Positions 55,020 to 64,000 of a stretch of DNA of 64,000 nt are shown in pieces. Each line of letters opens with the position of its first letter. The stretch's first letter is position 1. The stretch spans positions 7,745-71,744 of the forward strand of contig JANXCC010000005.1 in the NCBI GenBank assembly GCA_025060395.1. The letters are read 5' to 3'. The notes below the pieces were generated by a model. The model was given only the letters and a program-made list of their open reading frames with translations, ran no database searches and was not told the origin of the DNA. Made by a program: the position numbers and the translations under genes. Source of the stretch: Candidatus Bipolaricaulota bacterium. GTDB lineage: Bacteria > Bipolaricaulota > Bipolaricaulia > RBG-16-55-9 > DRXL01.

Positions 55020-56174
55020 CTATGACTGCCCTTTCTCTTCCGGCAAGATCCCCTGAGGCCGGAAGAGCAGGATCGCTATCAGCAAGACCCCAACTAGTAG
55101 ATAGCGCACGTAGAAGACCTGAGTCTTAAACTGAAACGGCACGAGAGCGTCGCTTAAGAACGTCGTGCCCGTCCAAATAGCCCAGATCGCAAACGCCCCA
55201 AAGACCGCGCCCTTGTGATTGCCCGATCCCCCAGCCATCAACATTACCCAGATCATGAACGTGTAGTTCATGGGGTGAAACAGCCCGAAATCAATTGTGC
55301 TCACCGATGCTGTGAACAAAGCACCCCCAACCCCCATCACGCAGGCTCCCAGGACAAATGCTTGCAGCTTAAATGCAAAGACGTTCTTACCGCACATCGC
55401 CGCAGCGCCTTCATCCTCCCGAATAGCCCGCAAGACCCGCCCCCATGGCGACTGCGTCACCCGCTGGAGCAGCCAGAATATTCCCATCAACGATAGCACC
55501 AAAAGCACGAGCAAGATCGCACTATAGTCCCGCGAGTCCAAGGGCGCTAGCAGCTCCTTCACAAAGCCTGGGAGCCAGGCGCAGGGGGGATCGTCTACCA
55601 GACAGATCAAGGGCTTAGGAATCCCCGGTAATGGTTGGGGCCCGTTAGCCAACCACCGCTCATTCTGGAAGACAAGTTTTAGCGACTCAGCAATCCCAAT
55701 AGTCGCAATAGCAAGATAATCTTCTCTTAACCGCAGCGTCAGCAGTCCTATGGGCAACGCGATCACAGCACAGATGGCTGCTGCTCCAAGCGCCCCAGCG
55801 AGGAAGGGCAAGTTCAGCCCAAAGAGCTGCTTAATATACTCCGCTGCTAGCCCCGTGGGCATAGGCTTGGTGATGAGCGCTGATGTGAACGCTCCTACAG
55901 CGAAGAAGGCTGCTACCCCAATATTAAAGAGCCCAGTTAGCCCCCACTGGATGTTCAGTCCCAGCGTCAATATAGCATACATACACGCAGTGATTGTTGG
56001 AGTCAACAGATACGCCATCCACTCACGAGGGGCAAATCCCATCGTCACACCCATGAGCAGCGCGCCCACGATAGCCGACCCCAGACGCGTGGGCACTGAT
56101 CGTCCAAAGAAGCTGAAGAGCCATCCCCCTAAGACCCCGAAAGTCACAGCCACGATGAGGCGCATCAGTTCCAT
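55020..56174 (-). CDS. livM: branched-chain amino acid ABC transporter permease
   Basis: Polytopic LivM-type permease. The ATG at 56174 overlaps the livH stop (ATGA). The track ORF extension to 56468 is a read-through of livH in another frame. Confidence 0.9.
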   Translation of the reverse strand: MELMRLIVAVTFGVLGGWLFSFFGRSVPTRLGSAIVGALLMGVTMGFAPREWMAYLLTPTITACMYAILTLGLNIQWGLTGLFNIGVAAFFAVGAFTSALITKPMPTGLAAEYIKQLFGLNLPFLAGALGAAAICAVIALPIGLLTLRLREDYLAIATIGIAESLKLVFQNERWLANGPQPLPGIPKPLICLVDDPPCAWLPGFVKELLAPLDSRDYSAILLVLLVLSLMGIFWLLQRVTQSPWGRVLRAIREDEGAAAMCGKNVFAFKLQAFVLGACVMGVGGALFTASVSTIDFGLFHPMNYTFMIWVMLMAGGSGNHKGAVFGAFAIWAIWTGTTFLSDALVPFQFKTQVFYVRYLLVGVLLIAILLFRPQGILPEEKGQS

Positions 56175-57085
56175 CACGATCGCCCCCCAAAGATCCCCTG
56201 GGGACGCACGAGCAGCACGACTATTAAGATGAGAAACGCGACCGCGGGTTGGTAGGCAGGGTTGAGCCATACTGTTGAGACCCGCTGTACTACCCCAATG
56301 ACCAAGCCCCCCACGAGCGCGCCATAGGGGTTTCCTACGGTCCCTAACACCGTAGCTGCAAAGAGCGGGAGCAGAAAGCTCCAGCCCATCTCCGGATAGA
56401 GCTGGGCGTTCACCCCATACATAATCCCTGCGATAGCAGCTAAACCTGCCCCGATCCCCCAAGTCCACAAGCGCACTTGTTCTGTGTTGATCCCGGTCAC
56501 GCGGGCAAGATCAGGGTTATCCGCCGTGGCGCGCATCGCCTTGCCTAGTTTTGTCTTCTGCAAGAAGAGATAGACCAACGCGACTAACGACAGCGCCAGC
56601 ACGACGATGATCAGCTCATCGGGCCGAATGCGAACATCAAACGGGAGCTGCCACGCCGGACGATATAACCCCGGAAAGTAATTGATCTTATCCGGACCCC
56701 AGATGATATAGATGAGATTGCGCACGATGAAAGCTGCGCCCAGCGAGGCCATCGCTATAATCACCGGGCTAGCACGGCGCGCCCGTAAGGGACGATAGAA
56801 CATTTGGTCGAGCGCGATAGCAAGCAGCGCTGTCACCAGGGCTGAGAGGGGCATAGCTAGGATCAAGGGCCAGCCGAAGCTCGTCCCACTGAGCCGCTCC
56901 TGGGGCACTCCCAAGAGGGGGAAGAGCACTTGAATGAGAAAGAGCGCAATATAGGCGCCGACGCTCATCAGATCCCCATGAGCAAAGTTGGCGAACCGCA
57001 AGATCCCGTAGATCAACGTCAACCCAATCGCCCCCAGGGCGATGATGCTCCCGTAGATGATCCCATAGACGGTCAGCTCCAGCAT
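56174..57085 (-). CDS. livH: branched-chain amino acid ABC transporter permease
   Basis: 303 aa LivH-type permease (FANFAHGDLMSVGAY). Confidence 0.9.
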   Translation of the reverse strand: MLELTVYGIIYGSIIALGAIGLTLIYGILRFANFAHGDLMSVGAYIALFLIQVLFPLLGVPQERLSGTSFGWPLILAMPLSALVTALLAIALDQMFYRPLRARRASPVIIAMASLGAAFIVRNLIYIIWGPDKINYFPGLYRPAWQLPFDVRIRPDELIIVVLALSLVALVYLFLQKTKLGKAMRATADNPDLARVTGINTEQVRLWTWGIGAGLAAIAGIMYGVNAQLYPEMGWSFLLPLFAATVLGTVGNPYGALVGGLVIGVVQRVSTVWLNPAYQPAVAFLILIVVLLVRPQGIFGGRS

Positions 57086-57094
57086 AGTTCGATC

Positions 57095-57805
57095 TCATCC
57101 ACCCAAATAGAGCCGGCCGATCTCTTCGTTTTGCAGGAGCGCTGGCCCAGTGTCTTCAAAGCGATTCTCTCCTGAGACCAATACATAGCCCCAATCGGAG
57201 AACTTCAGAGCCTCGCGCGCGTTCTGCTCCACCATCACGATCGCCACTCCGGTCTTGTTGATCTCCTTGATGCGCTCAAAGACCAGCTCGACCATCTTTG
57301 GGGCTAACCCTGCGCTGGGCTCGTCGAGTAATAAGAGCTTGGGGTCAAGCATGAGTGCCCTTCCTATCGCTACCATCTGGCGCTGGCCCCCGGAGAGCGC
57401 CCCGGCTTTCACGTGCCGCCGCGCCTTCAAGTCCGGAAAGAGCGTAAAGACCTCCTCCATCCGCGCCCGATAGTCATCAGTCCGGATGAACGCTCCCATC
57501 TCGAAGTTCTCTTGCACTGTTAAGGACGGAAAGACGTTCTCCGTCTGGGGCACAAAGCACATCCCTAATCGCACAATTCGATCGGGGCTCCAGCCCGTAA
57601 TATCCGTCCCATTGAACGTCACTCTTCCCGATTTGACCGCAAGCAGCCCGAAGATCGTTTTAAGTAACGTGCTCTTGCCTGCCCCGTTGGGGCCGATAAT
57701 CGTGACGATCTGCCCCGGCTCAACTTTGAGCGAGACCCCATGCAAGATCTCCATGCCCCCATAGCCGGAGACGATCCCTTGAACTTCTAGCAGCGCCATG
57801 CTCAC
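57095..57805 (-). CDS. livF: branched-chain amino acid ABC transporter ATP-binding protein
   Basis: Walker A GPNGAGKST, signature LSGGQRQM, and Walker B LLLLDEPS. Confidence 0.9.
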   Translation of the reverse strand: MSMALLEVQGIVSGYGGMEILHGVSLKVEPGQIVTIIGPNGAGKSTLLKTIFGLLAVKSGRVTFNGTDITGWSPDRIVRLGMCFVPQTENVFPSLTVQENFEMGAFIRTDDYRARMEEVFTLFPDLKARRHVKAGALSGGQRQMVAIGRALMLDPKLLLLDEPSAGLAPKMVELVFERIKEINKTGVAIVMVEQNAREALKFSDWGYVLVSGENRFEDTGPALLQNEEIGRLYLGG

Positions 57806-58623
57806 TCCGTCATGACAGCTCGGTACTGGCTCCCTAGGTACGCTTCGAGCACGCGCTTGTCGCGCTGGATCTCTTGCGGTGTGCCCTCGGCGAGTTTCTC
57901 CCCGTTGCTCATCACGATCACGGGATTGCAGAGATTCATGACCAAGTTCATATCATGCTCGATCAGGAAGAACGTGATGCCGCGCTCATAGCAGAGCCTC
58001 TCGATATTCGCGACGAGCTGCTTCATCAACGTCGGGTTGATCCCTGCACCCGGCTCATCGAGCAAGACCATCTCCGGATCAGCCATGAGCGTGCGCGCCA
58101 ATTCCAATAATTTCTTTTGGCCCCCAGAGAGATTCCCCGCGTACTCGTCTTTTAGGTGAATGAGATTGACAAACTCTAACACAGCGAGGGCTTTTTCACG
58201 GATCTCTGCTTCTTGGAGGCGGACCAGCCTCGGCAAAAACCATGAGTAGAAGAGGTTCTCCCCGCGCTGCCCCGCCGGCACCAACATCAAGTTCTCCAAG
58301 ACAGTCATCTGCTTGAATTCACGGGGGATCTGAAACGTCCGACAGAGCCCTTTGTGGAAGACGCGATGAGGCGGCAGCCCCGTAATGTCTTCCCCGCGGA
58401 AGATGACGCGTCCGCTATCGGGCTTGTAGAAGCCCGTAATCAGATTGAAGAGCGTCGTCTTGCCCGCACCGTTGGGCCCAATCAACCCTGTGATCGTCCC
58501 GCGCTTGACGGAGAGCGAACACTTGTTGACCGCGCGCAACCCGCCAAAGTCCTTGACCAAGTCGCGCACCTCGAGCAAGACCTCGTTGCTCACCGCTCTC
58601 AAGCCCCCGCACAATTTTCGCAA
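57802..58623 (-). CDS. livG: branched-chain amino acid ABC transporter ATP-binding protein
   Basis: Walker A GPNGAGKTT, signature LSGGQKKLLE, and Walker B VLLDEPGAG. The exact start is uncertain. Confidence 0.9.
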   Translation of the reverse strand: MRKLCGGLRAVSNEVLLEVRDLVKDFGGLRAVNKCSLSVKRGTITGLIGPNGAGKTTLFNLITGFYKPDSGRVIFRGEDITGLPPHRVFHKGLCRTFQIPREFKQMTVLENLMLVPAGQRGENLFYSWFLPRLVRLQEAEIREKALAVLEFVNLIHLKDEYAGNLSGGQKKLLELARTLMADPEMVLLDEPGAGINPTLMKQLVANIERLCYERGITFFLIEHDMNLVMNLCNPVIVMSNGEKLAEGTPQEIQRDKRVLEAYLGSQYRAVMTE

Positions 58624-58659
58624 TTATAACGAATTCTCCATGGAATGAGCAAGTCTTGA

Positions 58660-60045
58660 CTACAAGCGGGGCCCTAGGTCTTCACCCACGTAGTACTCTT
58701 CAAAGCTTGTATAGGCGCGATGGAAAAGCAGCGTAAACGAGCCCGTCGGGCCGTTGCGCTGCTTCCCGATGATGATCTCCGTCTCGTGAACTAAGGGCGA
58801 GGGACCCTCTGTTTCGTCGGGGCTCTCCTCGCCGCTCGCGTCCTCGCGATACAAGAAGAGCACGACGTCCGCGGTCTGTTCGATCTCCCCAGATTCTCGA
58901 AGATCGGAGAGCCTTGGTCTTCGCGGAGGACGCTCCGGCGCGCGCGACAGCTGCGACAGCGCTACAACCGGGATATTCAGCTCGCGCGCTAAAGCCTTCA
59001 GCGAGCGGGCAATATAAGCGACTTCTTGCTCGCGTACGTCGGTGTGAGCCCCGGCTTCGACCAATTGTAAGTAATCGACGAAGAGTATATCGAGATTATG
59101 CTCGGTCTTCATGCGCCGCGCCTTGGCCTTTAGCTCCAGCACAGAGATGCTGGGCGTGTCGTCAATGATAATTTTGCTATTTTGGAGCTTACCCGCCGCA
59201 TTGATAATACGCCGCCAAGACTCGGAGTCTGTCTGCAGATACCCTCCGCGCAGGCGATGGAGGTTAATCCGCGCCTCAGCGCAGAGCAATCGCTCGAGCA
59301 GCTGTTCTTTGGTCATCTCCAAGCTGAAGAATCCCACGCACTTGCCGAAGCGCAGCGCCATATTGCGCGCGATAGAAAGCGCCAGCGATGTCTTGCCCAT
59401 GCTGGGGCGGGCCGCGATCACGATGAGATCGGAGGGCTGCAACCCCGCCGTCATCTCGTCGAATCTCCTGTACCCTGTGGGTAAGCCCGTGACCGTGTGT
59501 TGGGAGGGATCGCGTTGCAGCTTCTCTAGGCGCTCCAGATGCTCATGCAAGAAATCTCGGATGAGATAGAAGTTATGAGTGAGTTGGAAGCGCGAGATCT
59601 GAAAGATCTTCTCCTCCGCGGCGTCGAGTAGATATTCGAGCTCGTGCTCCTCGTTGAAGCCGAGCTCAGCGATCTGATGGCCGGCTTCGATGAGCGCCCG
59701 CAGCACTGCTTTTTTCTTGATGATCTCTGCATAATAAGGGACGCTGGCAGTTGTGGTGACTTTGGTAAGCAACTCGCTCAGATAGGCTCGCCCCCCGACT
59801 TCGTCCAGCTTGTCCAGCTCGTCGAGGCGATTCCCCACAGTGATCAGATCCGCGGGTTTGCCGGCTTCAAAGAGTTCTAGAATAGTCTTATAGATTGTTT
59901 GATGGGCCTTCCAATAGAAGTCGGTGGGCTGGAGAGTGTGGAGGAGTTGGGGGATGACGCTCTCGGGTTCGAGCATCGCGGCACCGAGGACGACTTGCTC
60001 CGCCTCGCGGTTCTTAGGCCATGGCCGCACGAGTTCATCGGGCAC
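58660..60045 (-). CDS. dnaB: replicative DNA helicase
   Basis: N-terminal [13 protein letters not shown], Walker [13 protein letters not shown], and FVDYLQL. At 461 aa it has no intein. Confidence 0.95.
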   Translation of the reverse strand: MPDELVRPWPKNREAEQVVLGAAMLEPESVIPQLLHTLQPTDFYWKAHQTIYKTILELFEAGKPADLITVGNRLDELDKLDEVGGRAYLSELLTKVTTTASVPYYAEIIKKKAVLRALIEAGHQIAELGFNEEHELEYLLDAAEEKIFQISRFQLTHNFYLIRDFLHEHLERLEKLQRDPSQHTVTGLPTGYRRFDEMTAGLQPSDLIVIAARPSMGKTSLALSIARNMALRFGKCVGFFSLEMTKEQLLERLLCAEARINLHRLRGGYLQTDSESWRRIINAAGKLQNSKIIIDDTPSISVLELKAKARRMKTEHNLDILFVDYLQLVEAGAHTDVREQEVAYIARSLKALARELNIPVVALSQLSRAPERPPRRPRLSDLRESGEIEQTADVVLFLYREDASGEESPDETEGPSPLVHETEIIIGKQRNGPTGSFTLLFHRAYTSFEEYYVGEDLGPRL

Positions 60046-60087
60046 GGCTTGGTCACCCTTAGTGATTATAGCCGGACGAGAGGGGAC

Positions 60088-60116
60088 TTGCAGATTTGCG
60101 CGTCTTGTGCTACAGT
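60088..60116 (+). promoter_or_regulatory. candidate rpsB promoter (TTGCAG-17-TACAGT)
   Basis: The -35 lies at 60088-60093 and the -10 at 60111-60116. The leader to GTG 60202 is about 80 nt. Confidence 0.5.
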
Positions 60117-60201
60117 AAAAGACTACGAGTGCGTCCCTTCGTCTGTCCTGCTCGTGACCAGATGGAAGAGACGCTCGGAATTGGAGAAAGGAGGAAGCGA
60201 T

Positions 60202-60996
60202 GTGGAGCTTCTAACGATTAAAGAGTTGCTCGAGACGGGGGTGCATTTTGGGCACCGAGTGCGCAAGTGGAACCCAAAGATGCGCGAATATATCTTTACC
60301 GAGCGCAAGGGGATTCATATTATAGATCTGGAGAAGACGATTCGGCTCTTTGAGGAGGCCTATCTGTTTGTGCGTGATACCGTGGCATCGGGGAAGAACG
60401 CGCTCTTTGTGGGGACCAAGCGCCAGGTGCAGGAGACCATTGCTGAAGAGGCCAAACGCTGCGGCGCTCATTACGTTAATCAGCGGTGGCTAGGCGGGAC
60501 GTTAACCAATTTTGAAGTCATCCGCAAACGCATTCAAAGGCTGAAGGACTTGGAAGAGATGGAGGCCAATGGGGTCTTCGATGCTATGCCTCCCAAGGAA
60601 GCCCAGCACTGGCGCCGCGAGCTGATGAAACTTCGGCGTAACCTTGAGGGCCTCCGAGAGATGACAGAGCTGCCGGGAGTGCTCTTTGTCGTAGATACGA
60701 TCTTGGAAAAGAATGCTATTCACGAAGCGAAGCTCTTGGGGATTCCTGTTGTGGCTATTGTCGACACAAACTGTGATCCCGATCCCATCGATTATCCTAT
60801 CCCTGGCAATGATGACGCCATCAAGGCGACAAAATTGATCACGGCGCGCATCGCCGATGCGGTTCTTGAAGGGCGGGAGGGGCGTTCTGCGGACAAGGTT
60901 CCTCCCGCCCCCAAGAAACCTGAAGAGACAGTTATAGTCACACCGCCGATAGAGATCAGCGAACTAGAAGAGAACGAAGAGGGTGTCATCCGATGA
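60202..60996 (+). CDS. rpsB: 30S ribosomal protein S2
   Basis: (V)[32 protein letters not shown] 60202 is preceded by AAAGGAGGA. The track ORF extension from 59899 is antisense to dnaB. Confidence 0.95.
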   Translation: MELLTIKELLETGVHFGHRVRKWNPKMREYIFTERKGIHIIDLEKTIRLFEEAYLFVRDTVASGKNALFVGTKRQVQETIAEEAKRCGAHYVNQRWLGGTLTNFEVIRKRIQRLKDLEEMEANGVFDAMPPKEAQHWRRELMKLRRNLEGLREMTELPGVLFVVDTILEKNAIHEAKLLGIPVVAIVDTNCDPDPIDYPIPGNDDAIKATKLITARIADAVLEGREGRSADKVPPAPKKPEETVIVTPPIEISELEENEEGVIR

Positions 60997-61601
60997 GCAC
61001 GACGTCCTTCAACGAGCTAGTCAAGAAGCTACGGGAGGAGACCGGCGTTGGGATCTTGGATTGCAAGAAGGCGCTCCAGCAGGCCAACGGCGATCTTGAG
61101 AAGGCGAAGCTCATCCTGCGGGAGCAGGGGAAAGAACTCTTTGCCTCTCGCACCGGGGAGGCCAATCAAGGGCGCGTCGAGGCGTATATCCATCATAATG
61201 GGCGCGTAGGGGTTTTGATCGAGATGGACTGCCAGACGGACTTCGTTGCCAACAGCGACGCGTTCCGTGCAGTCTTAAAAGACTTAGCAATGCATATTGC
61301 TGCGGCCTACCCGCCCCCTCAGTATATCAAGCCTGAGGACGTCCCCCCGGAAGTCCTTGAGCGCGAGAAGGAAATCTATCGCCATCAAGCTGAACAGGAG
61401 GGTAAGCCTCCTCACGTCGTCGAGAAGATCGTCGAGGGCAAGATCAAGAATTTCTATCAGCAAGTTTGCTTGATCAAGCAACCCTTCGTGAAAGATCCCA
61501 CGGGCAAGACGACTGTCGAGGACATTCTGGGTGAGTTGGCCAACAAGGTCGGCGAGACGATCGTCGTTAGGAGATTTGCGCGATTTGAGGTCGGCAAATA
61601 G
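60993..61601 (+). CDS. tsf: elongation factor Ts (short, about 200 aa form)
   Basis: [33 protein letters not shown]-like N-terminus. 202 aa. Confidence 0.95.
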   Translation: MSTTSFNELVKKLREETGVGILDCKKALQQANGDLEKAKLILREQGKELFASRTGEANQGRVEAYIHHNGRVGVLIEMDCQTDFVANSDAFRAVLKDLAMHIAAAYPPPQYIKPEDVPPEVLEREKEIYRHQAEQEGKPPHVVEKIVEGKIKNFYQQVCLIKQPFVKDPTGKTTVEDILGELANKVGETIVVRRFARFEVGK

Positions 61602-62277
61602 ATTCTTGCTGAAGCTCTCCGGGGAGGCGCTGGGAGCTGGAGGCATTGATCCTCGAGCTTTAGCGTCGCTCACTGCGCAGATCGCTCGTGTTCAGAGCTT
61701 AGATATTGAGCTCGCTATTGTAGTGGGCGGGGGCAACTTCATCCGTGGGGCGCAGCTTCAAAGCCTTGACCGAGTCATCGCTGACCAGATGGGGATGCTC
61801 GCGACGGTGCTCAATGGGATGGCGCTGCGCCAAAGTCTAGAGAGCCGGGGCATCTCTGTGATCTTACAGTCAGCAGTTCCCGTTGCGTATGCCCAGCCCA
61901 TTGACCCCGTCAGTGCTCGGCGGGCCCTCTCGGAGGGAAAGATCGTGATCTTCGCTGGGGGGACAGGGAATCCCTTCGTGACGACCGACACCGCTGCGGC
62001 GATTCGCGCCAGCGAGATTGGCGCGAAGATTTTACTGAAAGCGACGGACGTCCCCGGCGTCTACAGCGCCGATCCCAAAAAGAACCCCAAAGCAAAACTA
62101 TACAAAGAGCTGACGCTCGATGAAGCGATAGAGAAGCGCTTGAACGTGATGGACCTGACGGCGCTCACGCTCTGTCGCGAGAACAAGATCACCATTAGGG
62201 TCTTCGATGTCTTTCGTGAGGGGAATCTAGAGAGGGCTATTCGCGGGGAGCTCGTGGGCACGGTGGTGCGCCCGTGA
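61585..62277 (+). CDS. pyrH: UMP kinase
   Basis: FLLKLSGEALGAGG, VVGGGN and FAGGTGNPFVTTDTAA motifs. The start is probably TTG 61585 (or 61576) within track ORF 61531..62277. Confidence 0.9.
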   Translation: MRSANRFLLKLSGEALGAGGIDPRALASLTAQIARVQSLDIELAIVVGGGNFIRGAQLQSLDRVIADQMGMLATVLNGMALRQSLESRGISVILQSAVPVAYAQPIDPVSARRALSEGKIVIFAGGTGNPFVTTDTAAAIRASEIGAKILLKATDVPGVYSADPKKNPKAKLYKELTLDEAIEKRLNVMDLTALTLCRENKITIRVFDVFREGNLERAIRGELVGTVVRP

Positions 62278-62295
62278 ATCGCGGAAGGACACGGC

Positions 62296-63217
62296 TTACT
62301 CTTTTCGGAATCCTGGTGGACAGTCGACGTCCCGTGGTACTGGTCCGATGCGGCGGCCTTCGAGCTTGACGGCATAGAAGAATGTGCTATCCCACGGTCT
62401 GTAATATCCTTCTAACTCTGTTTTTGTCAGATCACCCCACAGAGTCCACACGCTCTTCTTTTGTCCTACGTACTGATGCACAATGAAGGCAAACTTACCG
62501 TCCAGATGGAGCAGGCCTGCCATGAAGGCATCTTCCACAAAAGCGCTGAAGAGTTCTGGTCCAAGCTGGCAGATCGGGATCGAGAGCCTCCGGCTCTGGA
62601 GGGCTTTGGGTTCTGTCACTGAGAATTGCCACGCGCCAGCCATGACCGGCCACTGGTTGGGGTCAACGGGTTGCGCTTGCTCAGTGAGGATCTTGCTTTT
62701 GGTAGGATGGTTTCTTGGTCGTTCTAGTGCCTGAGGCGCCTCTTCGCCTCTAAAGCCTTCAGGGCATCTGGTACCCCGCACTGGTCCGAGCCGCTGGCCT
62801 TGATACTTTACTTTCAAAAAGGACTTAGCATCCCTTGGTTTATAATATCCTTCAAACTGATTGTCCTTTAAGTTCCCCCATATTACCCACTTTAATGCTG
62901 ATGCTAGGGACGAAGAAAGAAGCTAGCAACTCAAAAGAGCTATCGAGGCGAATGAGGCCTCTGAGATGAGCATCTCCCCAGCCACTCCCGAGTTCTGGAC
63001 CTTTTTGACAGATAGGAGCGTTCAGCCTGTATGGTGAAGATGGTGAGGGATCCTTTACAATTACAATAAAATCCCATTCTCCCGAGAAGTCCGGTCATTG
63101 AGTGGGATCAAAAGATGGAATCTTATCAACCTGGTTGAACAGGTTACAGCTGGTGAGGGAAAATAAGCCTCCCAGCAAGACCAATCTCTTCAGAAAGGGC
63201 CCAAATTTTAAATGCAT
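62296..63217 (-). pseudogene. two-domain member of the paralogous lipoprotein family, disrupted by an in-frame TGA (63097-63095) and one frameshift (about 62885-62900)
   Basis: My own translation from ATG 63217 reads MHLKFGPFLKRLVLLGGLFSLTSC (lipobox) NLFNQVDKIPSFDPTQ*PDFSGEWDFIVIV..APICQKGPEL..PSISIK. It then continues in another frame as WVIWGNLKDNQFEGYYKPRD..GQRLGPVRGTRCPEGFRGEE. A complete second domain follows (track ORF 62296..62817). Confidence 0.6.
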
Positions 63218-63346
63218 ATTTTATGGCCTGGTCAACAAACTGCAAGTAGAGGTTATCTTAAGCTCACCAATCAATCGCGATTCTACCATCAGAAAGTTGT
63301 CGCTTAGAAGGCATCATGTAATTTGTGTTAACTCTAAAGAGATAGT

Positions 63347-63805
63347 TTACTCTCTCTGAAAGCCCCGTGGACAATTGACGTTCTGGGGCACCGGGCCAAG
63401 TCGACGGCCTTGGAACTCCACTGGGAAGAAAAACTCTTTATCCTTCGGTTTATAGTACCCCTTAAACCCTTGGATGCTCCCCCAGATGGCCCAGACACTT
63501 CGCCCTTCAGAAGTCTTGAGAACAACCTTCACAGCCAAGGTACCATCCAAACGCAAGATGCCATCAACTTTTAGATATGAGGTAACCACACCCTCTTCCA
63601 CCTGCAGAATTAAATCGCTTTTGAGCTCTGGCCCGTTCTGACACATGGCAGCCTCTAGTTGAGGAATCTCTATCGGCGCAGATGATTGAGCCATGAAGTG
63701 CCACACCCCAGCAATAGAGGGCCAGCGAGAGGGAGGGAGTGGCTGGATGGACGACTCCTGAGGCATACACCCAGCTAACAAACCTAGAGCTGTCCAGAGT
63801 GTCAT
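63347..63805 (-). CDS. small lipoprotein, unrecognised family (intact paralogue)
   Basis: The lipobox LLAGC is followed by family motifs WP-x3-G-x-W-x-F, CQNGPEL, SVWAIWG, GYYKP, GRRLGPVP and CPRGF. Confidence 0.7.
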   Translation of the reverse strand: MTLWTALGLLAGCMPQESSIQPLPPSRWPSIAGVWHFMAQSSAPIEIPQLEAAMCQNGPELKSDLILQVEEGVVTSYLKVDGILRLDGTLAVKVVLKTSEGRSVWAIWGSIQGFKGYYKPKDKEFFFPVEFQGRRLGPVPQNVNCPRGFQRE

Positions 63806-63810
63806 GAAGC

Positions 63811-64000
63811 TCAGTACTTGAATCCTGGCGGGTATATTAGGTCCTTTTGCTTTGGGTCAATCAGTGTTCCTCGGGGGAGCCTTTGAGCCTTCAGCTGTAC
63901 TGGGAAGAAAGCTTCATTTTGCTCGGGTTTATAGTATCCCTCAAGCACTTCACTGTTCAAGTTGCCCATAACAATCCACACTGTCCGCCGACCTATAGTG
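63811..64000 (-). CDS. C-terminal part of a third paralogue of the lipoprotein family (5' end outside the window)
   Basis: My own translation reads ..TVWIVMGNLNSEVLEGYYKPEQNEAFFPVQLKAQRLPRGTLIDPKQKDLIYPPGFKY*. The stop lies 5 nt upstream of the next paralogue's ATG. Confidence 0.6.
   Translation of the reverse strand, partial: TIGRRTVWIVMGNLNSEVLEGYYKPEQNEAFFPVQLKAQRLPRGTLIDPKQKDLIYPPGFKY

Noticed and set aside
60117-60201. The rpsB 5' leader as an S2-autoregulatory structure.
   Set aside because: Only an interrupted stem of about 8 bp (CGAGUGCGUC / GACGCUCG) can be drawn. I cannot match it to the described S2 leader pseudoknot, so it is too weak to report as a feature.

Overview
Gene-dense 64 kb stretch of a GC-rich bacterial chromosome. 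GC was judged by eye and the lineage cannot be assigned from the sequence alone. I saw no rRNA, CRISPR array, transposase, integrase or phage genes. Core content: (i) the distal half of a division/cell-wall cluster on the minus strand (ftsW-murG-murC-murB-ftsQ-ftsA-ftsZ); (ii) lspA-tmk-dnaN; (iii) a folC-folB-folK-rng operon followed by tRNA-Val(CAC); (iv) trkA-trkH, a bacterial TrmY homologue and pcm; (v) glnS and gltX; (vi) ilvE/argF; (vii) a liv-type ABC transporter (livGFHM plus a convergent binding-protein gene); (viii) dnaB and rpsB-tsf-pyrH. Regions that stand out: (a) a four-gene operon of large secreted repeat proteins (Tat-signal binding protein, NHL propeller, 8-blade PQQ-like propeller, 8xCARDB membrane-anchored protein) sits where the proximal half of the dcw cluster is usually found, separated from ftsW by a 111-nt element closed by a perfect 17-bp inverted repeat. 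(b) A protoglobin gene is translationally coupled to a Cys/His-tailed MarR regulator, behind a consensus promoter with a perfect palindromic operator, and lies convergent to an HD-GYP/membrane-protein pair. (c) A low-GC island between glnS and gltX holds a compositionally mosaic pentapeptide-repeat/channel-like gene and a divergent coiled-coil gene interrupted by an in-frame TGA. (d) A low-GC tandem array of paralogous lipoproteins of an unrecognised family follows pyrH; one copy is inactivated by TGG->TGA at a conserved Trp plus a frameshift. (e) A consensus promoter and a roughly 120-nt structured leader with mutually exclusive helices precede the liv-type binding-protein gene. (f) Three consecutive genes (folB, folK, rng) have conserved N-termini that cannot be reached from any ATG/GTG/TTG codon. 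None of these matches a defence or mobile system I recognise. All family assignments come from motif recognition by eye, with no database search.
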